Notes: generated by a model not told the origin, from the letters alone. Shown: positions 10,303 through 20,454, numbered from the stretch's first letter. The stretch is DNA of 32,000 nt from Candidatus Saccharimonadota bacterium (GCA_049942965.1 CP188088.1:300001-332000), one strand, 5' to 3'. Program-made: numbers and translations.

Positions 10303-10767
10303 CTAAACGCGTTCAAGAAAATCTATTTTTCCACATACAATGGTTGCACTACAAACAATAATATTGTCAACTTTTATAATACCGTCAAACCAAAAAAAAT
10401 TTTTAATTTCTTTTTTTAAAAAAACTGTAACAATAATTATATCTCCAGGAAATACAAATCGCTTAAATCTAGCATTTTTTACTGACAATAAATAGTATAC
10501 ATTTTTAATAAATAATTTTTCTCTATTCTTGCATATAAACAAATTTGCCGTTTGAGCAATTGATTCTAACATTAAAACACCAGGAAAAATTTTCTTATTA
10601 GGAAAATGCCCTGTAAAATAAAATTCATCAGCAACAATATTTTTTTTTGCAACTAAAAATTGATGTTTTTGAAATTTTAAAATTTTATCAACAAATAAAA
10701 ATGGATATCTATGAACTAATAAATCTAAAATATTTTCTTTTTCAGAATAGTTTTGTTTATTTTTCAT
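10303..10767 (-). CDS. fabZ: 3-hydroxyacyl-ACP dehydratase FabZ, 154 aa
   Basis: LLVHRYPFLFVDKILKF and YFTGHFPNKKIFPGVLMLESIAQ compare with E. coli LLPHRFPFLLVDRVLDF and [23 protein letters not shown]. Confidence 0.94.
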   Translation of the reverse strand: MKNKQNYSEKENILDLLVHRYPFLFVDKILKFQKHQFLVAKKNIVADEFYFTGHFPNKKIFPGVLMLESIAQTANLFICKNREKLFIKNVYYLLSVKNARFKRFVFPGDIIIVTVFLKKEIKNFFWFDGIIKVDNIIVCSATIVCGKIDFLERV

Positions 10768-10821
10768 AAAGTTGTATTTTGATTTAAAAGATTAATATTT
10801 ATTCATGAAAACAATGTTTTT

Positions 10822-13266
10822 TTATTCTAAACTACCAAAATTAACTTGTAATCTTTCTACTTTAGATGAATCATATTTTCCAATCGGCACTGCATACGAA
10901 ATAGAGATTTTTCCTATGGGCGAAATCCACTTATAAGATATTCCACTAGACATATAAATTACATTAGGATTACTAAAATCAAAAAAATCTGCAGAATCTA
11001 GTTCTAAATCATGTTTCCAATTAGAATTCCAAACAACTCCAGAATCTAAAAAAATAGAAGGTCTAAAATAATTAGTTCTTTTCTTTTTAAATGATTTATT
11101 TGGAAAAAATAAATCCAAGTTTGTAATTATCATTCCATTACCTCCTATATATTTATCATATTCACAAATATTGTTTCTATGTATTCCGATACAAGAAATG
11201 TTTTGTTTATTATAATAAACAGATTTTGGACCAATACTATTTAATATAAAACCCCTAACTGAACGAGAACCACCAGCATAAAAATTTTCATAAAATGGCA
11301 TTTCTCTTTTTCCAAAAAAAGAATCTCCAAAACCTAAACGTGATCGCAATGAAAGTTTGAAATTTGTTCTTCTATTAATTGAAATAGATTCATAGTCATC
11401 TAATAATATTTTATAAAAACTATTGTCTGAACCAGGTAAAGTAAATTTCCCAGTTAAAGTCATTTTATGTTTAGATGTAAAAAAATTAGATTTCAAAAAA
11501 TCAGGAGTTGAAATAGATTTATGATTTTTCCATTTAAAATTAATAATTAAATCATCTATTTTTTGATAAACATTTTTATAACTATTTTTTGTAAAACTTT
11601 TCAAAGAAGACAAATATTTCATTATAGCAATATGGTTTTTTAAATCTGTCAACACATTATGAACATAACTAAAACCACACAACAAATCATTTTCGTCATT
11701 CATATTAAAAGTTAAATTAGAATCTACACCATAACTTTCATCTGTATAACGAAATAATTCAGCATAATCTCCTTTTACTCGGTCATGAAAGACTCGATTA
11801 GTAAGAACTGTATTATAAAAATCATAATATGGATATATAAAAGACAAATCTCCATATATTTCATTATCATTACTAGAAGCATCTATTCTATATTCTGTAC
11901 CAGTCCCTAACCAATTTTTCTGAGACATTGATAAATTTAAACTAACACCAGTTTCCATTCCATATCCAGAACTAAAATTTAATAAACCAGTATTTTTTTC
12001 TTTTATGACATAAAATAAGTCAACTTGATTAGATTTATTACCTGATAAGATTCTGTATCTTACATTAACATCTTTAAAAAACTGAGTTTCTTTTAATTTT
12101 TTAATTGAATTATAGAAATTTTTTTTTCTAAATATGTCACCTTCTAGAATATCAATTTGATTTCTTAATATTAAATCTTTTGTATATTTATTTCCTTTAA
12201 AATATATTCTATGTACAAAATAACGTTTTTCTGGATTTATACTAATATGTACTTCAACTTTTTTAGTTTTTTTGTTAAAAACTGGACAAATAGATGCATG
12301 AGCTTGTTCATAACCATACTCATGGTATTTTTTAAGAATGATTTTTTTAAATTTTTCTAAACAAGAAAAATCCAATAAAGAATTTAAAGAAACATATTTT
12401 TCTTGTTCTTTTTTAAATGAATTGTTTAAAATATTTCCTTCTATTAATATTTTTTTTAGAAAATACTGTTTTCCTTCATTAATATTAACAAAAACATCTA
12501 TAGTTTTATTTCTTTTTAAAATTCGAACTTTGACATGTTTAATAGAAAAATTTAAAAATCCTAAAGATAAATAATAATTTCTCAATTTTTTAAAATTTTT
12601 TTTTAATTGTTTTGGATAAAAATGATGATCTCTAAAAAAATTCCAAAAGGATAATTGTTTGTTCATTGATAAAATTGACGTTATTTTATTTTTTGGAATT
12701 TTCTTACAACCTATAATGTTAAAATCTTTTAATGTATAAAATTTTCCTGGTTTTATATTGATTCTTAAATTAACTTTATTCGATTTTTTATCTAAAAACG
12801 AAAATATATTAATAGTATTTTCAAATTTACCAATTTTAAAAAATCCATTTTTTATTTTTTTTTTTAAAAGATCTATTTGCGTAATATTTAAAATTTTTCC
12901 TTTTTCTATTTTTAAATATTTTAATATTTTTTCAAGATTTTTCTTGTTATTAGTTTTGTCAACTATCTCTATATTTGACAATACAGGTCGTTCTACAACA
13001 TTTAAAACCAAAGAATTATTATGTTTTTCCATCACTATTTTAGAAAAATTATTATTGAGTAATAATTTCTTTAAAAACTTTTTAATTCTAGTTTTAGAAC
13101 TTAAATAATTAGAATTTAATTCACTAATTTTTGAAATTATACTAATTGGTATACGATTTAATCCTTTATACTGAATTTCTTTTTTTTCCAACCTTGTTTT
13201 TTTTATTTGAACCATTCCAATGAATAAACACACGAACACAAAAAAAAATATCTTTCTTATAATCAT
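10822..13266 (-). CDS. bamA: Outer-membrane protein assembly factor BamA (YaeT/Omp85), 814 aa
   Basis: Hydrophobic N-terminal signal-like segment IFFFVFVCLFIGMV, POTRA-like repeats, and a C-terminal beta-barrel with FYAGGSRSVRGF and terminal QVNFGSLE. The size matches E. coli BamA (810 aa). The position between fabZ and the frr operon is as in enterobacteria. Confidence 0.9.
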   Translation of the reverse strand: MIIRKIFFFVFVCLFIGMVQIKKTRLEKKEIQYKGLNRIPISIISKISELNSNYLSSKTRIKKFLKKLLLNNNFSKIVMEKHNNSLVLNVVERPVLSNIEIVDKTNNKKNLEKILKYLKIEKGKILNITQIDLLKKKIKNGFFKIGKFENTINIFSFLDKKSNKVNLRINIKPGKFYTLKDFNIIGCKKIPKNKITSILSMNKQLSFWNFFRDHHFYPKQLKKNFKKLRNYYLSLGFLNFSIKHVKVRILKRNKTIDVFVNINEGKQYFLKKILIEGNILNNSFKKEQEKYVSLNSLLDFSCLEKFKKIILKKYHEYGYEQAHASICPVFNKKTKKVEVHISINPEKRYFVHRIYFKGNKYTKDLILRNQIDILEGDIFRKKNFYNSIKKLKETQFFKDVNVRYRILSGNKSNQVDLFYVIKEKNTGLLNFSSGYGMETGVSLNLSMSQKNWLGTGTEYRIDASSNDNEIYGDLSFIYPYYDFYNTVLTNRVFHDRVKGDYAELFRYTDESYGVDSNLTFNMNDENDLLCGFSYVHNVLTDLKNHIAIMKYLSSLKSFTKNSYKNVYQKIDDLIINFKWKNHKSISTPDFLKSNFFTSKHKMTLTGKFTLPGSDNSFYKILLDDYESISINRRTNFKLSLRSRLGFGDSFFGKREMPFYENFYAGGSRSVRGFILNSIGPKSVYYNKQNISCIGIHRNNICEYDKYIGGNGMIITNLDLFFPNKSFKKKRTNYFRPSIFLDSGVVWNSNWKHDLELDSADFFDFSNPNVIYMSSGISYKWISPIGKISISYAVPIGKYDSSKVERLQVNFGSLE

Positions 13267-14095
13267 TTTTACGTTCTTCTATATAATCAAAAAATATTAT
13301 TTTTTTCTAAGATTCTAAAAAAATCAAAAAAAACACCTTAATTAGTTTAAATTTAACTAAATGTTTGTCTATAAATAAATTTATAAAAATTGACAATTAT
13401 AAAAAAATACTGAATAAAAACATAATCTAAAAAATATCTTTTCAAACAAAAAAATACTAATTATTTGAAGTAATTTTCATAATAAAAACAACAAAAATAT
13501 TTTTTTACTCTTATTTATCTATTTTATCAACATCGTTTATCTTTCCATTAAAATAATTCCATAAGCAATTTTTAAAAAAATATAAATATTTTACAAAAAA
13601 GTAAATTTTAAATTATTTATAATACAAAAAAATAATAAAAATATGTTCTATATAAAAACTTTATTTAACAATTTTTAATATTGAATTTTTATTTAGTTTT
13701 TTTAAAATTTAAAAAATATCTTTTTAAAAATAATTACTAAAAAACAATAGTTCTCTTTTAAATGAATAAAATTACTTTAATAAATAAAAAATATTATGAA
13801 GATAACTGTACACTTAATGAAAAATCTTTTATTTAAAAGATTTTTCTTTAAATATTTTTAACATTATATCTAATATCAATATAGTAATTTCTTTCATGGT
13901 TAGATAATTACATCCGTACTTAATAACTCCATTTTTTAAAATAAAAAAATTACTTGAAATTAAATATTTTATAAAATTACAGATAAAACTATCTACCATG
14001 AAAGAAAAATACAATTAATTAATATCAATTAAAAATTTTTCATTTAAAAAAAAAAAATCTGCTTTTAAACACAAGAAACTAAAAACTTAAATAAA

Positions 14096-14659
14096 TTAAA
14101 ATTTCAATAATTCTTTTTCTTTTAAAGATGCAATCTTATCAATCTTTTTTATATGAACATCAGTAATTCTTTGAATTTCTTTATTATAAACACGTTCTGT
14201 ATCTTGATTGATTATATTTTTTTTTACAAAAATTTTTAATTTTTCTTTGCAATCACGACGAATAGAACGAATGGATACTTTACTCAATTCAATTTCAGAA
14301 CGAACTAATTTAACCAAACTTTTTCTACGTTCTTCAGTTAAAGAAGGAAATTTTATTCGAATAAAATTAGCAAATTTAATTGGATTTAATCCTAAATTAG
14401 AACCAATAATGGATTGTTGAACTTTATCTAATATATTACTATCAAAAACATTTATTTTTAATGTTGAAAAATCTTCTATAATAATATTTGCTATTTTTCT
14501 TAAAGGAGTTCTAACACCAAAATATTCAACAAAAATATTTTCCAATATTTTTGGAGATGCTCGTCCTGTTCTTATTTTAGAAATACTAATTTTCAAAAAT
14601 TCAACTGCCTGATCCATTCGATTTTCAGCATTTTGTTGAAAATTGACTAACATAGTCAT
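14096..14659 (-). CDS. frr: Ribosome recycling factor, 187 aa
   Basis: ISKIRTGRASP, TLKINVFD, LGLNP and PSLTEERRKSLVK are colinear with E. coli Frr (185 aa). Confidence 0.95.
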   Translation of the reverse strand: MTMLVNFQQNAENRMDQAVEFLKISISKIRTGRASPKILENIFVEYFGVRTPLRKIANIIIEDFSTLKINVFDSNILDKVQQSIIGSNLGLNPIKFANFIRIKFPSLTEERRKSLVKLVRSEIELSKVSIRSIRRDCKEKLKIFVKKNIINQDTERVYNKEIQRITDVHIKKIDKIASLKEKELLKF

Positions 14660-14700
14660 ACCAACCTATTCATATATAAAAATCATTTTAAAAAAGAACA

Positions 14701-15432
14701 TTACATAACTATAGTACCTTCTTTCTCTCCAAAAATTACTTTCTTTAAAGAACCTGTTTTGTTTATATTAAAAACCCTAATAGGAACTTTATAATCTCTT
14801 GCTAAAACAACGGCTGATACATCCATAATCTTCAATTCTTTTTTTAATACAAAATCATAACTTAACGTTTTATACATTTTAGTTCTTGAATATTTTTCAG
14901 GATCATCATCATAAATTCCATTTACTCTAGTACCTTTTAAAACTACATCAGCTTGAATTTCAATACTACGCAAACAAGCTGCTACATCCGTAGAAAAAAA
15001 TGGATTTCCAATTCCTGCTGAAAAAATTACTACATATTTATTAGACAATAATTCTATTGCTTTTTCATAATTATAAATTTCTGCAATATTTCCAATTGGA
15101 ATAGAACTCATTAAGCAAGTTTTCACCGACAATTTTTGAATAACATCTTTAAAAGCTAAACTATTAATAACTGTAGATAATATTCCTATTTGATCAGATA
15201 CTACATTACTTAATCCTTGTTTTTTTAAATTACAACCTCTAAATAAGTTTCCTCCTCCAAGCAAAACCCCTATTTCTATACCATATTCTAATAAAACTTT
15301 AATTTCTTTTGCTATTCTTTCAATAGAAAGAACATCAATTCCAAAAATATTTTTGTTCGTTTTTTGAAATGATTGACCACTAATTTTAAGTAAAATACGA
15401 TTATATATAGGTTTCTTTCGTCCAATACTCAT
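14701..15432 (-). CDS. pyrH: Uridylate (UMP) kinase, 243 aa
   Basis: YNRILLKISGQS and GVLLGGGNLFRG compare with E. coli YKRILLKLSGEA and GVVIGGGNLFRG. The rpsB-tsf-pyrH-frr order is conserved. Confidence 0.95.
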   Translation of the reverse strand: MSIGRKKPIYNRILLKISGQSFQKTNKNIFGIDVLSIERIAKEIKVLLEYGIEIGVLLGGGNLFRGCNLKKQGLSNVVSDQIGILSTVINSLAFKDVIQKLSVKTCLMSSIPIGNIAEIYNYEKAIELLSNKYVVIFSAGIGNPFFSTDVAACLRSIEIQADVVLKGTRVNGIYDDDPEKYSRTKMYKTLSYDFVLKKELKIMDVSAVVLARDYKVPIRVFNINKTGSLKKVIFGEKEGTIVM

Positions 15433-15526
15433 ATCTTTTATGATTCCAAGTATATAAAAATATTTCTTAACAAATTCTTGTTTAATTTACATAAATTTAT
15501 AAAAAATTATAAAAAATTTTTCTACT

Positions 15527-16330
15527 TTAATAATCGTTTCCAACCTCAAATCTAACAAACGAACTTACTACACTATCATTGTTTTTTAAATAATCATTTA
15601 CAGTAATTTTATTATCAAAAATAAAATTTTGTTCTAATAAAACAATTTCTTCAAAAAATTTTTCCATTCTTCCAGAAACTATTTTATTAGTAATCTCCAT
15701 GGATTTTCCTAAAGAACTTGCTAAATTAAATTGAATTTTTCTTTCTCTTTCAAATATGTCAATAGGAACACTATTTTTAGATAAAAATTTAGGTTTGCTA
15801 GCTGCAATATGCATTGCAATTTTTTTACCCAATCGTTCTTTGTTACATTTTTTAAAATCAACTAATACTCCTATTCTATTTAAATGTAAATAATCTTGAA
15901 CATTAAGTCCTTCTAATAAAAAAAACCTACGAAATAAAATATTTTCAGAAAACTTAGAAATTAATTCTAGTCGTAAACTTTCAAACTTTTTTTGTATTTG
16001 ATCAAGATCTTTTATGTTTTCCAAAACTGCTTTTTTTACAATTAAATTTCCAAAATCAATAAAAAGTTGATTTTTAGATACAAAATCTGTTTCACAATTC
16101 ATTTCTAAAATACTAGAGATATTTTTTTTTTTGTACAAAAAAACAGACCCCTCTAAGGATAAATTAGAAATTTTATTTAAAGAACGATCTATACCTAATT
16201 TTCTTAAATGATCCATAGCTAGTTCTGTATTTCCATTAAATAATAACAATGATTTTTTACATTCAACTAATCCTGCTCCTGTTCTATTTCTTAGATCTTT
16301 AATTAATTGTAATAAATTTTTAATAACCAT
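15527..16330 (-). CDS. tsf: Translation elongation factor Ts, 267 aa
   Basis: N-terminal UBA-like LIKDLRNRTGAGLVECKKSL compares with E. coli [27 protein letters not shown] is present and the gene lies downstream of rpsB. Confidence 0.94.
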   Translation of the reverse strand: MVIKNLLQLIKDLRNRTGAGLVECKKSLLLFNGNTELAMDHLRKLGIDRSLNKISNLSLEGSVFLYKKKNISSILEMNCETDFVSKNQLFIDFGNLIVKKAVLENIKDLDQIQKKFESLRLELISKFSENILFRRFFLLEGLNVQDYLHLNRIGVLVDFKKCNKERLGKKIAMHIAASKPKFLSKNSVPIDIFERERKIQFNLASSLGKSMEITNKIVSGRMEKFFEEIVLLEQNFIFDNKITVNDYLKNNDSVVSSFVRFEVGNDY

Positions 16331-16377
16331 GATTAAAACCCTTTATTATAAAAAAAATATTTTAAAAAAATATCTAA

Positions 16378-17085
16378 TCATTGAATTTGATTCTTAAATT
16401 TATTTAAATTAACGTTTTTATTAATGAAATTAAATATTGTTGATAAATATAAATCTATAGAACGAATAGAATCATCATTTCCAGGAATAACAAAATCTAT
16501 TCCATCTGGATTAGAATTAGTATCTACTATAGAAAAAACAGGAATTCCTAAATTATTTGCTTCTTTAACAGCGATATTTTCATATTCTGCATCTATTATA
16601 AATAATGCATCTGGTAATCCACCAATATTTTTAATTCCTCCTAAACTATTTTCTAATTTTTCAAGTTCTCTTTTTCTCAATAACGCTTCTTTTTTAGTTA
16701 ATTTTTTAAAAGTCCCATCCGTTGATTGAAGTTCTAAATTTTTTAAACGATTAATTGATTGACGAACAGTTTTCCAATTCGTTAACATTCCACCTAACCA
16801 ACGTTGATTTACATAATATTGATTCATTTTTATTGCTGAACTTTTAACAATTTTACTAGCAGCTTTTTTAGTTCCAACAAATAAAATTTTTCCATTTTTT
16901 AAGAATATTTTCTTTAATTCTAATATTGCAAAATGAAACATTGGCAATGTTTTTTCAAGATTAATTATATGTACTTTATTTCTTGTGCCGTAAATAAAAG
17001 GTTTCATTTTAGGATTCCAATATCGAGTCTGGTGTCCAAAATGAACTCCTGCTTTAATCATATCTTTCATGGATAACATCAACAT
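16378..17085 (-). CDS. rpsB: 30S ribosomal protein S2
   Basis: [23 protein letters not shown] compares with E. coli [23 protein letters not shown]. The longest ORF (to 17109) begins at a TTG. The ATG at 17085 gives the same N-terminal length as E. coli and is preceded by GGAG (17091-17094, minus strand). Confidence 0.95.
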   Translation of the reverse strand: MLMLSMKDMIKAGVHFGHQTRYWNPKMKPFIYGTRNKVHIINLEKTLPMFHFAILELKKIFLKNGKILFVGTKKAASKIVKSSAIKMNQYYVNQRWLGGMLTNWKTVRQSINRLKNLELQSTDGTFKKLTKKEALLRKRELEKLENSLGGIKNIGGLPDALFIIDAEYENIAVKEANNLGIPVFSIVDTNSNPDGIDFVIPGNDDSIRSIDLYLSTIFNFINKNVNLNKFKNQIQ

Positions 17086-17276
17086 AATCACTCCAGAATT
17101 AGCAATCAAAAGTTTTTTTATAGGAATAAATATCTACATTTAAATAATACCTATTAATGTTGATTAATACACAATTATATGTAAATATTTTCGATACTAA
17201 TAATCAATTTAAATTTAAATAATTAATAAATTTAAATAAAATTAAACAATTTTATATTTAAATATAATCCAAAACA

Positions 17277-18068
17277 ATGAAAATACATATTAAAAATAAA
17301 GAAGAAATTGAAAAAATAAAAATTTCTAGTAAATTGGCAAGTGAAGTTTTAGACATGATTTCAGAATACATGATAGAAAATGTTAATTTAGAAAAAATAA
17401 ATAAAATTTGTCATGAATATATTACTGAAAAACAAAATGCAATACCTGCTTGTTTAGGATATTTAGGTTATCCAAAATCAATATGTATATCTGTTAATGA
17501 TGTAGTATGCCATGGAATACCAAATAAAAAACAATATCTAAAAGAAGGAGACATAGTAAATGTTGATGTTACTGTATTAAAAAATGGATACTATGGAGAT
17601 ACATCAAAAATGTTTGCAATTGGAAAAATTAATAAAACCGCAAAAAAACTATGTCAAACTACTAAAAAAAGTTTATATCTAACCTTTAAAAAAATAAAAC
17701 CAGGGGTACCAATCAATATTATTGGAAAAATCATAGAAAAAGAAACTGAAAAACACGGATTTTCAATTGTAAAAGAATATTGTGGTCACGGAATAGGAAA
17801 AAATTTTCACGAAGAACCACAAATATTACATTACTATAATAAAAATCAAAATGAACCATTACAAGAAAATATGATTTTTACAATTGAACCAATGATAAAT
17901 GCAGGAAAATCATATGTAAAATTAATGAAAGATAATTGGACAGTAAAAACACAAGACAAAAGTTTATCTGCACAATATGAACATACAATTTTAGTAACAA
18001 AAAATGGATGCAAAATTCTTACAAAAAGAAAAACAGAAAAAATACCTTATGAATTTAATAATAAGTAA
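17277..18068 (+). CDS. map: Methionine aminopeptidase type I, 263 aa
   Basis: IKNKEEIEKIKISSKLASEVLDMI compares with E. coli IKTPEDIEKMRVAGRLAAEVLEMI. Metal-site context VCHGIP, NVDVTV, YCGHGIG, FTIEP and AQYEHT is present. Confidence 0.95.
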   Translation: MKIHIKNKEEIEKIKISSKLASEVLDMISEYMIENVNLEKINKICHEYITEKQNAIPACLGYLGYPKSICISVNDVVCHGIPNKKQYLKEGDIVNVDVTVLKNGYYGDTSKMFAIGKINKTAKKLCQTTKKSLYLTFKKIKPGVPINIIGKIIEKETEKHGFSIVKEYCGHGIGKNFHEEPQILHYYNKNQNEPLQENMIFTIEPMINAGKSYVKLMKDNWTVKTQDKSLSAQYEHTILVTKNGCKILTKRKTEKIPYEFNNK

Positions 18069-18100
18069 AACTTTTTAATTAATACAATTTTGGAAAATTT

Positions 18101-18922
18101 ATGAACTATAAAACAATCATTGAAAAAGCATTTGACAAAAAAGAAAATTTAAAAAAAAGCACAAATAACGAAAAACTGTTAAAAATAATACATGAAATTT
18201 TATCATTACTAAATGAAGGAAAATTAAGAATATGTGAAAAAATAAACCAAAAATGGATAACTCACCAATGGCTAAAAAAAACAATATTACTTTCATTATA
18301 CTTAAATAAAAATAAAATAATTAAAAATTCTAGCAATCCTTACTTTGATAAAACGCCTTTAAAATATTCTCAATATACCTATGACAAATTTAAAAAAGAA
18401 AATATTAGATTAGTTCCAACAGCAACTGTTCGTTTTGGAGCATGTATAAAGAAAAATACTGTTCTTATGCCTTCATTTGTTAATATTGGAGCATATATAG
18501 ATAAAAACACCATGATAGATACTTGGTCAACAATTGGTTCTTGTGCACAAATAGGAAAAAATGTACATATTTCTGGAGGAGTTGGTATTGGAGGAGTATT
18601 AGAACCAATTCAAGAAAATCCAACAATAATTGAAGATAATTGTTTTATTGGAGCTAGATCTGAAATTGTAGAAGGAGTAATTGTAGAAGAAGGATCTGTA
18701 ATTTCTATGGGAGTATTTATTGGAAAAAGTACAAAAATCTATAACCGAGAAACTGGAAAAATTTCTTACGGAAAAATTCCAAAAAAATCAGTAGTTGTTG
18801 CTGGTAGCTTGCCTTCAAAAGATAAAAGTCACAATTTATATTGTGCTATAATAGTAAAACATGTAAATGATAAAACTCTAAGCAAAGTACAAATAAACCA
18901 ACTACTAAGAGAAATAGAATAA
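18101..18922 (+). CDS. dapD: Tetrahydrodipicolinate N-succinyltransferase (lysine/DAP pathway), 273 aa
   Basis: [26 protein letters not shown] compares with E. coli [26 protein letters not shown]. The hexapeptide-repeat region [18 protein letters not shown]...[20 protein letters not shown] is present. Confidence 0.95.
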   Translation: MNYKTIIEKAFDKKENLKKSTNNEKLLKIIHEILSLLNEGKLRICEKINQKWITHQWLKKTILLSLYLNKNKIIKNSSNPYFDKTPLKYSQYTYDKFKKENIRLVPTATVRFGACIKKNTVLMPSFVNIGAYIDKNTMIDTWSTIGSCAQIGKNVHISGGVGIGGVLEPIQENPTIIEDNCFIGARSEIVEGVIVEEGSVISMGVFIGKSTKIYNRETGKISYGKIPKKSVVVAGSLPSKDKSHNLYCAIIVKHVNDKTLSKVQINQLLREIE

Positions 18923-18946
18923 AAAAGCTAATTTAAAAAAATATAA

Positions 18947-18987
18947 TCTAGTCCGATTATTACTCATAATTTATAAAACGGACTAGA
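18947..18987. terminator. Candidate bidirectional hairpin terminator between convergent dapD and degP
   Basis: A 9-bp GC-containing inverted repeat TCTAGTCCG (18947-18955) / CGGACTAGA (18979-18987). The 23-nt interior itself contains ATTAT-TACTC-ATAAT. On the degP (minus) strand the stem is followed 5 nt later by a T7 run (complement of A7 at 18934-18940). This is unusually GC-rich for a spacer in this window. Confidence 0.4.
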
Positions 18988-19020
18988 AATTTATTATAAA
19001 AAGTTAAACAAGCTAATTTT

Positions 19021-20454
19021 TTATAATGTTAAATACACTATTCTACCAGAACGAAAAATACGAAAAACTAGTGTTAAATTATTTGTATTTAATATTTTTT
19101 GTAAATCTAAAAAATCATGAATTTTATAATTATTGACATCTAAAATTATGTCATTCATTTTAAAACCACTAAAATATGCTGGAGTATTTTTTCGAATATA
19201 TTTTATTTTAATAAAATTCTTTTTTTGTAAACTAAAATAACTAAAAACAATACCTTTTAGAATTTTATAACGAACAGAAAAAATATGTAATTTAGATTTA
19301 ACATATTGTAGTTTAAGTGTAATATTTTTTATTTTTTTTCCATCAACAACTCCTAGGGTTATATAATTCTCCAATGGACTAGATCCTAACAACGCTCGAA
19401 ACGAAGAAAAACTAGAAATTATTTTTCCATTAATTGTAACTATTACATCTCCGGGTTTAATTCCAGATTTATCAGCTACTGAATTAGGAAGTACCTGATT
19501 AATAAATATGCCTCTATTTGAATTAATTTTCATGATTTTAGCTAACTCAAAATTTAAATCTGTTCCTACAATTCCTAGTTTTCCTCTTTTAACATAACCA
19601 TATTTTATTATTTGATTGGATATATTATTAATCATATTACTTGGAATTGAAAAACCTATTCCAATATTACCTCCACCTGGAGCTAATATTGCTGTATTAA
19701 CACCTATAAGTTCTCCTTTTAAATTAACTAACGCTCCTCCTGAATTTCCACGATTGATTGCTGCATCTGTTTGAATAAAATTTTCATAATATTCAAGATG
19801 TAAACCACTTCTACCTAATGCTGAAATGATTCCTAAAGTAGCAGTGTTTCCTAATCCATAAGGATTTCCAATAGCTAACGTATAATCACCAACTTTTAAT
19901 AAGTCTGAATCAGACAATTTTATAGAAACCAAATTTTCAGCGTTTTTCAATTTTAAGACGGCAATATCTGAACTAATATCTTTTCCAACTAATGTAGCCG
20001 AATAAAAACGATGATCATTTAATTCTACTTCAATTTTCCTTGCATGATTTATTACATGACTATTAGTTACTACATATGCATTCTTTGCATCAATAATTAC
20101 TCCTGATCCAGAAGCGTAAAATAAACCTGAACTATTATTTATTAGATTTTTATTGTTTTTAAAACTTAAATTTTTTTTGTGAAAACCAATATTTGATTCG
20201 TTTGTACAAGCAAAAAAACTTTTTTTAAAACGACCTAGATTATTTTTATAATTTATATTTTCTTTATTTGGATAATAAAATCCTTCAACAGATACACTAA
20301 CTACTGAAGGCATAACTTTCTCAAGGACATTCGATAAAGTAGGTGTTGTTAGCTCCGTGTTTTTATTATTTTTTGAAATAATTGAGGAATTAACATCCTG
20401 TACAAAAAGAAAACAAAAAAATAAGCTGCATAAAAAAAAAATATTTTTATTCAT
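19021..20454 (-). CDS. degP: Periplasmic serine endoprotease/chaperone DegP (HtrA family), 477 aa
   Basis: Signal-like N-terminus FFLCSLFFCFLFV. Catalytic triad contexts TNSHVINHA (His), SDIAVLKL (Asp) and GNSGGALVN (Ser). Two PDZ-like C-terminal segments, and the length matches E. coli DegP (474 aa). Confidence 0.92.
   Translation of the reverse strand: MNKNIFFLCSLFFCFLFVQDVNSSIISKNNKNTELTTPTLSNVLEKVMPSVVSVSVEGFYYPNKENINYKNNLGRFKKSFFACTNESNIGFHKKNLSFKNNKNLINNSSGLFYASGSGVIIDAKNAYVVTNSHVINHARKIEVELNDHRFYSATLVGKDISSDIAVLKLKNAENLVSIKLSDSDLLKVGDYTLAIGNPYGLGNTATLGIISALGRSGLHLEYYENFIQTDAAINRGNSGGALVNLKGELIGVNTAILAPGGGNIGIGFSIPSNMINNISNQIIKYGYVKRGKLGIVGTDLNFELAKIMKINSNRGIFINQVLPNSVADKSGIKPGDVIVTINGKIISSFSSFRALLGSSPLENYITLGVVDGKKIKNITLKLQYVKSKLHIFSVRYKILKGIVFSYFSLQKKNFIKIKYIRKNTPAYFSGFKMNDIILDVNNYKIHDFLDLQKILNTNNLTLVFRIFRSGRIVYLTL

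Noticed and set aside
13829-14014. A 61-aa ORF on the minus strand in the frr-bamA spacer. Its internal MKEITILILD resembles the Dxr N-terminus MKQLTILGSTGS, and dxr is expected just downstream of frr.
   Set aside because: Only 5 of 7 residues are identical (I/L at one further position is conservative). All are common in this composition, and there is no GSTGSIG NADPH-binding motif or further colinearity. The match is too short to call a dxr remnant. It is mentioned only as something a sensitive alignment could test.
17263-17268. TATAAT hexamer 9 nt upstream of the map ATG. Similar -10/-35-like hexamers occur elsewhere, for example TTGACT at 21131-21136 upstream of ilvI.
   Set aside because: At about 80% A+T such hexamers occur constantly. 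The spacing to the start codons and to any partner element is wrong, so no promoter call can be supported from sequence alone.
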